Shown piece by piece: positions 28,668 through 40,118 of a stretch of 64,000 nt of DNA. Under the pieces are notes generated by a model, which worked only from the letters and a program-made list of their open reading frames with translations, was not told the DNA's origin and searched no databases. The translations under genes and the position numbers were made by a program. Numbering within the stretch: the first letter of the stretch is position 1; every line of letters begins with the position of its first letter. The stretch is from an uncultured Abiotrophia sp. (GTDB lineage Bacteria; Bacillota; Bacilli; Lactobacillales; Aerococcaceae): contig CBDFAX010000004.1 in assembly GCA_965245735.1 (NCBI GenBank), positions 20,867-84,866 of the forward strand, given 5' to 3'.

Positions 28668-29882
28668 TTAGTTAAAGATCCCAAAGATACTACGCATGAA
28701 GTTAGTGAATGGGTTGTTGCGGCGGTTAGGGAGAGTCTCAACATCTTCTTCCTTGCTGCCTGCTGCTTGAGCCTTGCTTGCAGCTTCTTCTGAAGCGGCT
28801 TTGGCTGCTTGAGCTTCCTTCTCTGCTTGAGTTGGCAGGAGGTTGGTAGCCAAGCCTTCTAATTGGTAGAGTTCAGGGTGCTTGTCCAAGCCGTCCAAGA
28901 GAATCTTGGTTTCTTCATAAGAAGAGTAAGGTTCTTGAACCCCCATGACAACGGCAATTATCTTACGGCCATTTTCAGTAGTGGTGGTGACAAAGCATTT
29001 GCCGGCTTCATCGGTATAACCTGATTTAAGGCCGGTCACGCCTGGACGGCCGTATTGAGCCCCTTCAAGGAGTAGGTTGTTATTAGCCATTTTAATTGGA
29101 TGGTCACTGTCTTTGGCCATGGTGTATTCACGGGCAGAAGACAGTTCTAGGATTTGTGGGTATTTTTCAGTGATGTATTGGGCCATCAGGGCAACATCAG
29201 CTGCAGACATCTTGTTCTGGCTGTCCTTGGTCGACCCTTCAATCCAGTAGCTTTCTGGTAGGTACTTGTTAGGCGCCCCAGATGTGGTGTAGAACTCATA
29301 GTTCTCGATTCCCCATTCATCTAACTGGCGACGAATGGCAGCGACTGCTTCTTGTTCAGAACCGTAGATATGAGACATCAAAAGGGTGGTCGCATCGTTA
29401 CCAGATGCTAACATAATCCCATATAAGAGGTCTTGGACGGTGTATTCTGCATCGGTCACTAGGCCAGCATTAGATAATTCCGCATTGTCGGTAAAGTCAC
29501 GGACAATGGATTCAGGTGTCTTAATCTTATCGTCTAGTTTAATTTTGCCTTCCTCGATGGCTTTGTAGGTCAAATAAACTGACATAATTTTGGACATGGA
29601 AGCAATTGGATAAGGCTTATTCCCTTCACGTTCCATCAAGACTTTGTGGGTATCTTGGTCAATCACAACATAAGAACGAGTGTCTTCTGTTAAGCTGTTC
29701 AATTCTTCAGGGTAGCCACTAGGCATGGTGAAGCTAGAAGCTTGGCTGGCCTGAGTTTGGCTAAAGTCCTTAGTTAAATCTGGGGTTTTCTTTAGCTCTT
29801 GGGCCATAATAGGGCTAGCTAAACCTAGTAGAGTAGTGCTCGCTAGGGTGACTAAAACGAGCTTAGTATGTAACTTGGTCAT
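28668..29882 (-). CDS. dacA: D-alanyl-D-alanine carboxypeptidase (PBP5/DacA-type, S11)
   Basis: Motifs SMSKIM (SxxK), SGN and KSGYT. Signal peptide MTKLHTKLVLVTLASTTLLGLASPIMAQE. SD AGGAGG precedes ATG 29882. The track start at 29942 is an extension. Confidence 0.85.
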   Translation of the reverse strand: MTKLHTKLVLVTLASTTLLGLASPIMAQELKKTPDLTKDFSQTQASQASSFTMPSGYPEELNSLTEDTRSYVVIDQDTHKVLMEREGNKPYPIASMSKIMSVYLTYKAIEEGKIKLDDKIKTPESIVRDFTDNAELSNAGLVTDAEYTVQDLLYGIMLASGNDATTLLMSHIYGSEQEAVAAIRRQLDEWGIENYEFYTTSGAPNKYLPESYWIEGSTKDSQNKMSAADVALMAQYITEKYPQILELSSAREYTMAKDSDHPIKMANNNLLLEGAQYGRPGVTGLKSGYTDEAGKCFVTTTTENGRKIIAVVMGVQEPYSSYEETKILLDGLDKHPELYQLEGLATNLLPTQAEKEAQAAKAASEEAASKAQAAGSKEEDVETLPNRRNNPFTNFMRSIFGIFN

Positions 29883-29983
29883 CGAGTCTAATCCTCCTGT
29901 TATTTGGACGTATATGGTCATTGTATCAGAAAAAAGAAGCATATGCCAATAAATTTAGCCCATAGTTCCTATTAGATAGGCAA

Positions 29984-30283
29984 TTAGAAGAGTTCTTCTG
30001 GGCTAGCGCCAGCGTCTAGGGCGGCTAGATTGGCTGGGTCCAGGTGAATGAGGGCCTGGATTTGGCCTTGCGCATCCAAGCCTAGCACGGCTAAACCGTC
30101 TTGGCTCCCTTCAAAGTCAAGTTGGGCTTGCCAACCGGCCTGGCTCATGTAGGTCATAAGCCTTTGGGACCAGTATTGACGACGGGCCAAGTAGCGCTCG
30201 GCTTCTTGCCGGGGAATCCAGTAATTGTCAATCAGCACAGTGGCTGCTAGGCGAAATCCCTTGCTAAGATGAGGGTTTGGCAT
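29984..30283 (-). CDS. Hypothetical 99-aa protein
   Basis: ORF only. It is on the same strand as dacA and 100 nt upstream of it. I recognise no motif. Confidence 0.4.
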   Translation of the reverse strand: MPNPHLSKGFRLAATVLIDNYWIPRQEAERYLARRQYWSQRLMTYMSQAGWQAQLDFEGSQDGLAVLGLDAQGQIQALIHLDPANLAALDAGASPEELF

Positions 30284-30436
30284 GGATATGGCTCCTTTTT
30301 GGGGTGTACTTTCATAGTATAGCTAATAATTGCGAAGATTTTGTGAAGATAACTAAAAATACTAGTGGGGATTGTTATTTTTCAGCCCAGATGGTATAAC
30401 AATAGAGGAAAATGATGAGAGAAGGGAGGGGGCGCC

Positions 30437-31417
30437 ATGTCCCTGCCATTGCGAACTGCTAAATATACCCTAGCTGTCTTAGCGGCGGCGCTGACGGCTC
30501 AGGCGCTGGGACTCTTGAATCCGATGACAGCGGGGGTCATTGCCCTTTTGAGCTTATCAGATACGCGCCGGACCACACTCAAGTTGGCCCAGGAGCGTCT
30601 AGTGTCCATGGTATTGGCCTTAGCCTTGGCTTGGTTGCTCTTTGCTAGTCTGGGCTTCAATATACTTAGTCTAGCCCTCTTCCTTGTCTTCTATGTGCCT
30701 CTCAGCTATCGGCTTCAGCTCATGTCGGGTCTAGTGGCTAGCACGGTCCTAGTGACCCAACTCTTAGGTTGGCAGTCGCTGGCAGTCTCTTATTGGCTCA
30801 ATCAAGTCGGTCTTTTTGCCATTGGGGCAGGGCTGGCCCTAGCCTTTAATAGCTATATGCCGTCCAAAGAAGACCTGATTCTGGCCCACAGAGCGCGTAT
30901 CGAAGACCAGCTACGCCAGCTGCTTTTGACTATTCATGATTCCTTACGTCAGCCCCAAGCCAGACGGGACGCGGACTTATCTGCCATAGCGACCCTTAAT
31001 CAGGAACTAGAAGCAGCCCTGACCACGGTCTTGGCTGAGCGAGATAACCGACTCTTCAGACAGACCAATTATGATGTCCACTATGTCGAAATGCGTCAGG
31101 CACAGGCCCAGCTTTTGGAGCAGATGATGACCACCTTGCCTGACTGCTTCTTAGAGAGCGAAGAAAGCAAGGTCTTAGCCGGCATTTTCTATCTGACGGC
31201 TAGTCAGCTAGAAACGGCCAATCCAGGCACCTATCTTATGGCCGATATCCAGGGCTTGCTAGCTTATTATCGGGAGCGACCCTTGCCAGTCAGCCGGCAG
31301 GAGTTCGAAAATCGGGCCCGACTCTTCCAGCTCTTGAATGACCTGAGTCGCTTTATCGCGCTTAAGGTAGCCTTCTACCAGACCTATGCCCAAGATTGGC
31401 AGGCTGGCCAGGATTAG
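30437..31417 (+). CDS. Membrane protein, aromatic-acid-exporter / UPF0421 (YgaE-like) family
   Basis: 326 aa with an N-terminal polytopic half and a C-terminal helical soluble half. The family assignment rests on overall pattern only. Confidence 0.5.
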   Translation: MSLPLRTAKYTLAVLAAALTAQALGLLNPMTAGVIALLSLSDTRRTTLKLAQERLVSMVLALALAWLLFASLGFNILSLALFLVFYVPLSYRLQLMSGLVASTVLVTQLLGWQSLAVSYWLNQVGLFAIGAGLALAFNSYMPSKEDLILAHRARIEDQLRQLLLTIHDSLRQPQARRDADLSAIATLNQELEAALTTVLAERDNRLFRQTNYDVHYVEMRQAQAQLLEQMMTTLPDCFLESEESKVLAGIFYLTASQLETANPGTYLMADIQGLLAYYRERPLPVSRQEFENRARLFQLLNDLSRFIALKVAFYQTYAQDWQAGQD

Positions 31418-31455
31418 GGCTTGAATTCTTCAAGCAAAAGTGGTATAACATATCT

Positions 31456-31722
31456 AGAATCTTAATCGAGAGTGAAGCCATGAGTGGCTAGACGCGTTGA
31501 CAAGAGAGGGATGGGTTGGTGCAACATCCTGGCGCTATAGTTGCTTACCTCTTCACTGATTCTTGACCTAAGGGCAATCACTCGCCTGTTAAGTCAAGAC
31601 GGTCGCTCCCGTTACTAGCACCAAGAGGCTTTTGCCAGTGGCAGAAGCAAATTTGGGTGGAACCACGTTTATCAACGTCCCATTGACTCTGTGTCGCAAT
31701 ACCAGAGTCAATGGGATTTTTT
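31456..31722 (+). promoter_or_regulatory. T-box leader (tRNA-Thr sensing) with terminator/antiterminator, upstream of thrS
   Basis: Promoter TTGAAT (31421-31426), 17 nt, TATAAC (31444-31449). Stem I GA motif. Candidate specifier ACC at 31547-31549. T-box AAATTTGGGTGGAACCACG at 31649-31667. Terminator CCCATTGACTCTG...CAGAGTCAATGGG plus T-run at 31678-31722. Confidence 0.85.
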
Positions 31723-31779
31723 ATTTCCAATGATTAAGACTGTCGACCAAGCACTATTATCCAATGAGGAGGAACTACT

Positions 31780-33723
31780 ATGTCTCAAATCGCCTTAACT
31801 TTCCCAGACGGGAGTGTCCGTCACTATGACAAGGGCGTCACTGTCGATCAAGTTGCCGCTAGCATCGGCTCTTCTTTAGCCAAGGCAACCCTAGCCGGTA
31901 AATTCCAAGGTCAATTAGTTGACCACGACCGGCCTTTGGAAGCTGACGGGACCATTGAAATCATCACTGACAAGAGCCCGGAAGCCTTAGAAATCATGCG
32001 CCACTCAACCGCGCACTTGATGGCTCACGCCTTAACTCGCCTCTATCCTGGTATTCATTTTGGGGTGGGGCCTGCTATTGAATCAGGTTTCTACTACGAT
32101 ACTGACAAGGAAGTTCAATTAACTGAAGACGACCTACCTGCAGTTGAGAAGGAAATGAAGAAAATCATCAGCCAGAACTACCCAATTGTAAGACGGGAAG
32201 TGTCTCGCGCTGAAGCCTTGGAACTCTTCAAGCACGACCCTTATAAGGTCGAATTGATTACCGACCTACCAGAAGATGAAGTCATTAGCGTCTACCAACA
32301 AGAAGACTTTACTGACCTCTGCCGTGGGATCCATGTGCCATCAACAGGCAAGATTAAGGTCTTCAAGCTGCTTAGCTTGGCTGGGGCTTACTGGCGTGGG
32401 AACTCTGACAATAAGATGATGCAACGGGTTTACGGGACAGCCTTCTTCAAGCAAGCTGACCTAGATGAATTCTTGCGTCTACGACAAGAAGCGAAGGAAC
32501 GCGACCACCGTAAATTAGGGAAAGAACTGGGTATCTTCATGGTATCTAAGGAAGTAGGCTCTGGTTTACCATTCTGGTTACCAAAAGGGGCAACCATCCG
32601 TCGCGTGATCGAACGTTATATCATGGACAAGGAAATCAGCCTGGGCTATGACCATGTTTATACCCCAATCATGGCCAAGGTAGACCTCTATCAAACATCT
32701 GGCCACTGGGCTCACTACAAGGACGACATGTTCCCACCAATGGACATGGGCGACGGCGAAATGCTAGTCTTGCGGCCAATGAACTGCCCACACCACATGA
32801 TGATTTATAAGAATGACATCCACTCCTACCGCGAATTACCAATCCGGATTGCGGAATTGGGTATGATGCACCGCTATGAAAAGTCCGGGGCCCTATCTGG
32901 TTTGCAACGGGTTCGTGAAATGACCCTGAACGACGCTCATATCTTCGTGCGTCCTGACCAAATCAAGGAAGAATTCATCCGCGTGTTAGATTTGATTAAG
33001 GCGGTTTACCATGACTTTGGTATCACTGACTACCGCTTCCGTCTCAGCTACCGTGACCCAGAAAACAAAGAGAAATACTTTGACGACGATGCGATGTGGG
33101 AAAAGGCACAAGCCATGCTTAAGGAAGCCATGGATGAGTTGGGCTTAGACTACTTCGAAGCCATCGGGGAAGCTGCTTTCTACGGTCCTAAATTGGACAT
33201 TCAGTTCAAGACTGCCATTGGCTTGGAAGAAACCATGTCTACCATTCAGTTAGACTTCCTCTTGCCAGAACGCTTCGACCTGACTTATGTTGGGGAAGAT
33301 GGTCAAGATAACCACCGTCCAGTAGTCATCCACCGTGGGGTTGTGTCTACCATGGAACGTTTTGTGGCTTACTTAATTGAAGAGTACAAGGGAGCCTTCC
33401 CAACTTGGTTGGCGCCCGTTCAAGTGGCCCTCTTGCCAGTTAGCCTAGAGGCTCACAGCGACCGCGTTCAAGAAATCTATGAAGACTTGAAGGCCAAAGG
33501 TTTCCGTGTGGATATGGACTTACGTAATGAGAAATTGGGTTATAAGATTCGTTCCGCTCAAACAGCTAAGATTCCTTACCAAATTGTTATTGGGGACCAA
33601 GAAGTGTCTGAAGGCACGGTGAACGTCCGCCACTACGGTTCTGCCAAGTCAGAAAGCTACAGCTATGGCGACTTTGTCCGCTTCTTAAGCGAGGACGTTG
33701 CTAACAAGAGCCGTCTTAACTAA
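31780..33723 (+). CDS. thrS: Threonine--tRNA ligase
   Basis: 647 aa with a TGS-like N-terminus, the editing-domain motif [10 protein letters not shown] and the class II core RPMNCPHH. Confidence 0.95.
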   Translation: MSQIALTFPDGSVRHYDKGVTVDQVAASIGSSLAKATLAGKFQGQLVDHDRPLEADGTIEIITDKSPEALEIMRHSTAHLMAHALTRLYPGIHFGVGPAIESGFYYDTDKEVQLTEDDLPAVEKEMKKIISQNYPIVRREVSRAEALELFKHDPYKVELITDLPEDEVISVYQQEDFTDLCRGIHVPSTGKIKVFKLLSLAGAYWRGNSDNKMMQRVYGTAFFKQADLDEFLRLRQEAKERDHRKLGKELGIFMVSKEVGSGLPFWLPKGATIRRVIERYIMDKEISLGYDHVYTPIMAKVDLYQTSGHWAHYKDDMFPPMDMGDGEMLVLRPMNCPHHMMIYKNDIHSYRELPIRIAELGMMHRYEKSGALSGLQRVREMTLNDAHIFVRPDQIKEEFIRVLDLIKAVYHDFGITDYRFRLSYRDPENKEKYFDDDAMWEKAQAMLKEAMDELGLDYFEAIGEAAFYGPKLDIQFKTAIGLEETMSTIQLDFLLPERFDLTYVGEDGQDNHRPVVIHRGVVSTMERFVAYLIEEYKGAFPTWLAPVQVALLPVSLEAHSDRVQEIYEDLKAKGFRVDMDLRNEKLGYKIRSAQTAKIPYQIVIGDQEVSEGTVNVRHYGSAKSESYSYGDFVRFLSEDVANKSRLN

Positions 33724-33745
33724 TAGGTATTGAATAAATAGAAAA

Positions 33746-33798
33746 GGGCTAGATCCTGCCTGTCGTCCTTGGGGGGAAGGCAGAATCTAGCCTTTTGG
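33746..33798 (+). terminator. Intrinsic terminator of thrS
   Basis: GGCTAGATCCTGCC...GGCAGAATCTAGCC long stem followed by TTTTGG. Confidence 0.7.
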
Positions 33799-33862
33799 CT
33801 TTTATCACAGGCAAGCCAAGCACAACTTGTGTCTGATAGAGCACGTAAATTTGCTGGCTCAT

Positions 33863-33898
33863 ACCCTATCTATCAATAGATAGATTGATAGATAGGGT
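33863..33898. repeat. Inverted repeat, 15-bp perfect arms with a 6-nt spacer
   Basis: ACCCTATCTATCAAT-AGATAG-ATTGATAGATAGGGT. It lies 125 nt upstream of the next gene. Confidence 0.9.
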
Positions 33899-34023
33899 GC
33901 AGATGCAACTAGAGGAGACCATGCTAAAGACAGATTTTGCTTATGGCATGATTGGAAATTTCCGGCCAAATAGGGTAAAATAAGAAGGTAATAATTGACC
34001 CTGATCAACGAGGAGTAGCTTAT

Positions 34024-35256
34024 ATGGAAACTACTGAAAGCAAGCAGGCGACAAGACTCACCTTGCGTGATTTTATGTCCCAGCCTGCACTCATTATGAT
34101 TTTTGTAAGTATCTTAATTCTTTTTCCTTTTTATATTAGTGTACCAGCGGCTGTTTTGGCCGTGAGTATGATTTTTTGGAAGTACCGGCGACGTTTATGG
34201 AAGATTGCCCTAGGAACGGGCTGGTTCGGCGCGGGCGCGATTTTTAGCTTTATAATAGCCTTCGCCAACCGCAACCAGTACGGCATCTGGGCAGCCATTG
34301 GCTTTATCCTGGTTTGGACCTTTTTCCGGATATATCGCAATTTTGTAACGCCTGACCTACTGATAAAAATGCTCAATATTATTGGCTTAGGAAGCATTGG
34401 GACTAGCCTCTATGCTATTTATCAGTACCTAGTTTTTATTGCCAGTCATGGTTTCCCACTAGATTATATTGTGCGGGATCCTAATCCTAAGCATCGGGCT
34501 ATGTCCACCCTCTTTAATGCCAACTATTATGGGCTCTTCTGTATTTTTGCCCTCTTGGTGGGGGCCTACCTCTTTGTCAAGGCGGGCACTAAGAAGGCCA
34601 AGGTCTGGTATGGTCTCAGCATGGTCTTGAATGTGGTCGGCATCTTGCTGACAGCCTCCCGCATGGCCCTGCCGGCCCTGGTAGTGGGAACCATCACCTT
34701 TGTTTTCTTCATTAACCGTCGCCTGGTCCTGTGGCTAGGTGGGGTTGGCTTAGCAGGGACCTGTCTGGTTTTCTTCTTCCCGGAACTCCTGGCGCGCTTT
34801 ACCTCGGCTTCCTTCTCTCATAGCTTAGAAGAGCGGGAAATGATTTGGCGGGCGGCCTGGGGCATCTTCACTGATTATCCTTTAACAGGGCGGGGACCTA
34901 TGTCCTACTTCAGTTTCTTCTATCTCTATGGTGGTAAGGGACAACCTCACGCCCATCAGATTTTCTTAGAGTTCCTCTCTTCTTATGGTCTCTATGGGAC
35001 GGCAATCTACTTGATTGGGACGGTTGGCTACTTCCGTGAACGGGTGGCCCTCTGGTTCAAACCAGAAGTTCAAGCTGAGATTGGGCTAGTGACCGCCATG
35101 ATTGTCACCGTCTTGGTCCATGGCCTCAGTGACGTTGCGGTTATGTGGTTACAGACTGGCTATATCTTCCTTTTCATTGTGACTTGTCCAGTGGCAGTTT
35201 GGCAAGCCTTAGCTTCCTATCGCTCAGAAGACGGCTATTTAAAAATTAAATCATAA
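34024..35256 (+). CDS. O-antigen ligase / Wzy_C-family polytopic membrane protein
   Basis: 410 aa with about 10-12 TM segments. A central loop follows LLTASRMALPALV, and there is a periplasmic-loop-like segment GRGPMSYF...HAHQIFLE. Confidence 0.55.
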   Translation: METTESKQATRLTLRDFMSQPALIMIFVSILILFPFYISVPAAVLAVSMIFWKYRRRLWKIALGTGWFGAGAIFSFIIAFANRNQYGIWAAIGFILVWTFFRIYRNFVTPDLLIKMLNIIGLGSIGTSLYAIYQYLVFIASHGFPLDYIVRDPNPKHRAMSTLFNANYYGLFCIFALLVGAYLFVKAGTKKAKVWYGLSMVLNVVGILLTASRMALPALVVGTITFVFFINRRLVLWLGGVGLAGTCLVFFFPELLARFTSASFSHSLEEREMIWRAAWGIFTDYPLTGRGPMSYFSFFYLYGGKGQPHAHQIFLEFLSSYGLYGTAIYLIGTVGYFRERVALWFKPEVQAEIGLVTAMIVTVLVHGLSDVAVMWLQTGYIFLFIVTCPVAVWQALASYRSEDGYLKIKS

Positions 35257-35261
35257 GTTTC

Positions 35262-35291
35262 AAAAAGCAAGTGCCTATCGCTTGCTTTTTT
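35262..35291 (+). terminator. Intrinsic terminator
   Basis: AAAAAGCAAGTG...CGCTTGCTTTTTT. Confidence 0.8.
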
Positions 35292-35320
35292 GACTATTTT
35301 AGACTATTATAAAAGAGTGG

Positions 35321-35347
35321 TTAGCACTTGAAGTGTTTGAGTGCTAA
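35321..35347 (+). promoter_or_regulatory. CIRCE operator (HrcA binding site)
   Basis: TTAGCACTT-GAAGTGTTT-GAGTGCTAA matches TTAGCACTC-N9-GAGTGCTAA at 17 of 18 arm positions. Confidence 0.9.
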
Positions 35348-35373
35348 GTTTCAGAATGAATGGAGGAAATCCC

Positions 35374-35640
35374 ATGTTAAAACCATTAGGCAAACGACTG
35401 GTAATTGAAGTAGCCCCAGCAGAAGAAAAAAGCGTAGGAGGCTTGATTTTATCTAGTGCCGCCCAAGAAAAACAAGAGACCGGGACGGTCCTAGCAGTCA
35501 GCAAGGAAGTAGCAAGCGCTGGCGAAGTAGCAGTCGGCGACCGCGTTGTCTTTGAATCTTATGCGGGCGTGACCGTTAAGCAAGACGGCCAAGAATATTT
35601 AGTAATTGAATTAGACCATGTCTTGGCAGTTTTAGGCTAA
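35374..35640 (+). CDS. groES: Co-chaperonin GroES
   Basis: MLKPLGKRLVIEV start with SD GGAGGA upstream. The track start at 35341 lies inside CIRCE. Confidence 0.95.
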   Translation: MLKPLGKRLVIEVAPAEEKSVGGLILSSAAQEKQETGTVLAVSKEVASAGEVAVGDRVVFESYAGVTVKQDGQEYLVIELDHVLAVLG

Positions 35641-35669
35641 GCACAAGGCAGAGAATAGAAAAGGAGTGA

Positions 35670-37295
<1,626 letters not shown>

Positions 37296-37303
37296 TAAAA
37301 GTT

Positions 37304-37333
37304 GGCTGAGACCAGGTTCTCAGCCTTTTTGTT
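37304..37333 (+). terminator. Intrinsic terminator of groESL
   Basis: GGCTGAGACC...GGTTCTCAGCC followed by TTTTTGTT. Confidence 0.85.
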
Positions 37334-37391
37334 ATATAAAAGGAAGAGGGTGTGCTAGACTGAAGATAACAAGTGTGGAGGAGGGATTTTG

Positions 37392-38084
37392 ATGACCTTA
37401 GTGCAGGCTTCATTTTTGGCAGGCCTTTTTGGGGCCCTGGCCTGGTTAGTGGGCGATCTATTATTAGTAGGTTTTGCGCCGGTGAAGGAAGAAGACTTAG
37501 CCCGCTACCAAGCAGGGCGCTTGACCAATTTACGCCTGGCTCTTTATATGAAATCAGGGGCAGACCGTCGTTTGCGCTGGGGTGTTTGGCTGGCTCAATT
37601 TTCTATTTGGCTACCACTTCTAAGTCTCTATGGCCTCTGGCAAATGGCCCAACCAGTAAGTAGCTTGGCCTGGGCCGGTCTGCTCTGCCTCCTGATTGGC
37701 TTCAGCCTGTCCCCTTTGGCTCATGGCGCCTTCTATATAATAGCCATTATAGGTAAGGCTTATTGTCAGGATTACGAAGAAGCGGGCAAGGCCAATAAAT
37801 TTTTGGTAGAAGCGCTTAATCAGGCCAATCACTTACTCAATGTGACCTGGCTGTCGGCCCTTGTAATAACCTACTTGGGTTGGGCTCTGTATGGCCTGGC
37901 CATTGTGACCGGTCAGACCCAGTGGCCGACTTACTTTCTATTAGCCACCCCGCTGGTGACCACACCAATCTGGCTGGGCCTTAGCCATTATGTCATCCGC
38001 CGGTGGACGCCCCTCTTTAATGGCGCTGCCCTTAACTTAGCCTGGCTTAGTTTTTATGTTCTGGCTCTCTGGCTACTCACTTAA
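37392..38084 (+). CDS. Hypothetical polytopic membrane protein
   Basis: About 230 aa with 7-8 hydrophobic segments. SD GGAGGAGGG lies upstream. I recognise no family. Confidence 0.6.
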   Translation: MTLVQASFLAGLFGALAWLVGDLLLVGFAPVKEEDLARYQAGRLTNLRLALYMKSGADRRLRWGVWLAQFSIWLPLLSLYGLWQMAQPVSSLAWAGLLCLLIGFSLSPLAHGAFYIIAIIGKAYCQDYEEAGKANKFLVEALNQANHLLNVTWLSALVITYLGWALYGLAIVTGQTQWPTYFLLATPLVTTPIWLGLSHYVIRRWTPLFNGAALNLAWLSFYVLALWLLT

Positions 38085-38095
38085 AATCATGGCAT

Positions 38096-38130
38096 GCAAA
38101 AAGGACTGAGCTTAGGCTCAGTCCTTTTAT
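38096..38130. terminator. Bidirectional intrinsic terminator between convergent genes
   Basis: AAAAAGGACTGAGC-TTAG-GCTCAGTCCTTTTAT. Confidence 0.85.
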
Positions 38131-39941
38131 TTACTTAGATAGGCAATAATCCGTTCAGCCAATTCAGCCCCAACACCAAGCTTGGCGTAGTCCTCGATGG
38201 AGGCTTCTTTCATAGCTTTGAGGGACTTGAAGTGCTTGAGCAATTTGGTGCGGGTTACCTTACCCACGCCAGGAATGGCGTCTAACTTAGAAGCGAATTG
38301 TTGCTTGCTCCGTACTTGACGATGGTAGGAAATGGCGTAACGGTGAACTTCCTCTTGGATTCGTTGGATATAGTGGAAGACAGGCGACTGGCGGTCTAGC
38401 TCTACCACTTCCTCACTATAACCATTCATGAGGGAAGCGGTCCGGTGTTTGTCGTCTTTGACCATGCCGGCGACAGGAATAGAGAGGCCTAGTTCCTCTT
38501 CAATCACCTGGCGGGCTGCCCGGACCTGGACCTTGCCCCCGTCCATCAAAATCAGATTGGGCAGGGGTTGTTCCTCACGCAGTAAGCGCGAATAACGACG
38601 GCGAATGACCTCTTGGGTGTGGGCAAATTCATTGGTTTGGTTAGACTCCTTGATTTTGAACTTGCGGTAACTCTTGCGGTCTGGTTTGCCTTCTTTGTAA
38701 ACTACCATACCGGATACTAGGCCAGTCCCCGAAATGTTGGAGTGGTCGAAGGCTTCGATATGATAGGCCAGAGGGATGCCCAAGGCAGCCGCCAGGTCTT
38801 CGCTGACGCCACGGGTCTGTTGAGCTTGGATGTCCAAGAGGTTGAGGCGCTCGTTGAGAGCCAGCTGGCTGTTCTTAGCGCAAAGGTCCAACATGGACTT
38901 TTTCTTGCCTCGCTGTGGCGTACTGATAGGGACTGAAATCACTTGCGATAACAAGTCCTTGTCTACATCCTCAGGGACCAAGATAGCTTTAGGAAGTAAG
39001 TGGTTTTCTTCCTGATAGAAGCGGGCGATAAAGGTCGTCAACTCCTCATCAGGATCCGTATAAGCTGGGTAAATGGCGGCCTCACGTTTGAGAATACTAC
39101 CTTGTCTGAGCATGAAGACCTGGATAGAAATCCAACCCCGTTGGAAGTCATAGGCGAAGACGTCTGTATTGTCGTAGTCCTGGCTCATGATAATCTGACG
39201 CTCGATAGTGGTCTCAATGTATTGGAGTTGGTCCCGGTAATCGGCGGCCTGTTCGAAGTCCAGGCGCTCGGCGGCGGCCTGCATCTTGTCCTTGAGCTGA
39301 GTCATAATGGGTTGAATATCACCGTTGAAGAATTGCTTAATCTTCTGAATCTGTTGCTGGTACATGTCCTTGGTGATTTCATGGTCACAAGGGCCAATGC
39401 ACTGACCTAGATGATAATAGAAGCAAGCCCGTTTCTCATTTTTGCCGCAACGACGTAGGGGATAGACCCGATGCAAGAGTTGTTGGGTCTGGGTGGCCGC
39501 TCCTACATTAGGGAAGGGGCCAAAATAGAGACCGCCGTCCTTGGTCACATTCGATGTGATGATGAGCTGGGGATGACGCTCCTTGGTGATTTTAAGGTAG
39601 GGATACATGGTCCCTTCCTTGAGTCGAATATTAAAAGGAGGCTTATACTGCTGAATCAGATTGATTTCCAGCAAAAGTGCTTCCTTATTACTATTGGTGA
39701 TGATGGTCTCGAAGTGGTCGATTTCGGACACTAATTTGGTAGTTTTGGTATCGTGGGCGCCACGGAAATAGGAGCGCACCCGGTTTTTAAGGTTCTTGGC
39801 CTTGCCGACATAGAGAATCTGATCGGCTGCATCTTTCATGAGATAGCAACCGGGTAAATCTGGCAAGAGCTTGAGCTTGGCTTCAATCCGTTCTTGAACC
39901 TTGGCCCGTTCTTGGGCAGTCTGGGATTGGGCATCCGTCAT
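38127..39941 (-). CDS. uvrC: Excinuclease ABC subunit C
   Basis: GIY-YIG N-terminus (PGCYLMKDAADQILYVGKAKNLKNRV), a UVR domain and a C-terminal HhH. Confidence 0.95.
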   Translation of the reverse strand: MTDAQSQTAQERAKVQERIEAKLKLLPDLPGCYLMKDAADQILYVGKAKNLKNRVRSYFRGAHDTKTTKLVSEIDHFETIITNSNKEALLLEINLIQQYKPPFNIRLKEGTMYPYLKITKERHPQLIITSNVTKDGGLYFGPFPNVGAATQTQQLLHRVYPLRRCGKNEKRACFYYHLGQCIGPCDHEITKDMYQQQIQKIKQFFNGDIQPIMTQLKDKMQAAAERLDFEQAADYRDQLQYIETTIERQIIMSQDYDNTDVFAYDFQRGWISIQVFMLRQGSILKREAAIYPAYTDPDEELTTFIARFYQEENHLLPKAILVPEDVDKDLLSQVISVPISTPQRGKKKSMLDLCAKNSQLALNERLNLLDIQAQQTRGVSEDLAAALGIPLAYHIEAFDHSNISGTGLVSGMVVYKEGKPDRKSYRKFKIKESNQTNEFAHTQEVIRRRYSRLLREEQPLPNLILMDGGKVQVRAARQVIEEELGLSIPVAGMVKDDKHRTASLMNGYSEEVVELDRQSPVFHYIQRIQEEVHRYAISYHRQVRSKQQFASKLDAIPGVGKVTRTKLLKHFKSLKAMKEASIEDYAKLGVGAELAERIIAYLSK

Positions 39942-40118
39942 GGGGGTCCTCCTTCCTTTAATCTAGGGGCAGGGAGCCCCGTCTACTCTACACATTATAC
40001 GCGTTTTTAGGACTTGGGACAAATGTCCTGTTCAAATCTTAAGAAAGGGTAAATCTCAGTCATCAAGATTGAAATCTCTGTCAGAATTGCCTAAGATGGT
40101 AGAAGAAGGAGACTGACC

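Noticed and set aside
33903-33983. 26-codon ORF (MQLEETMLKTDFAYGMIGNFRPNRVK) in the intergenic region before the O-antigen-ligase-like gene.
   Set aside because: It has no convincing SD and no recognisable peptide features. Short ORFs of this size are expected by chance.
37373-37663. 96-aa alternative-frame ORF overlapping the start of the 37392 membrane-protein gene.
   Set aside because: It is Arg/Gly/Ser-rich shadow-frame sequence. The other frame gives coherent TM helices across 230 codons.
39942-40118. LexA (Cheo-box, GAAC-N4-GTTC) site upstream of uvrC.
   Set aside because: I found no GAAC-N4-GTTC-type palindrome by reading the intergenic region on both strands.
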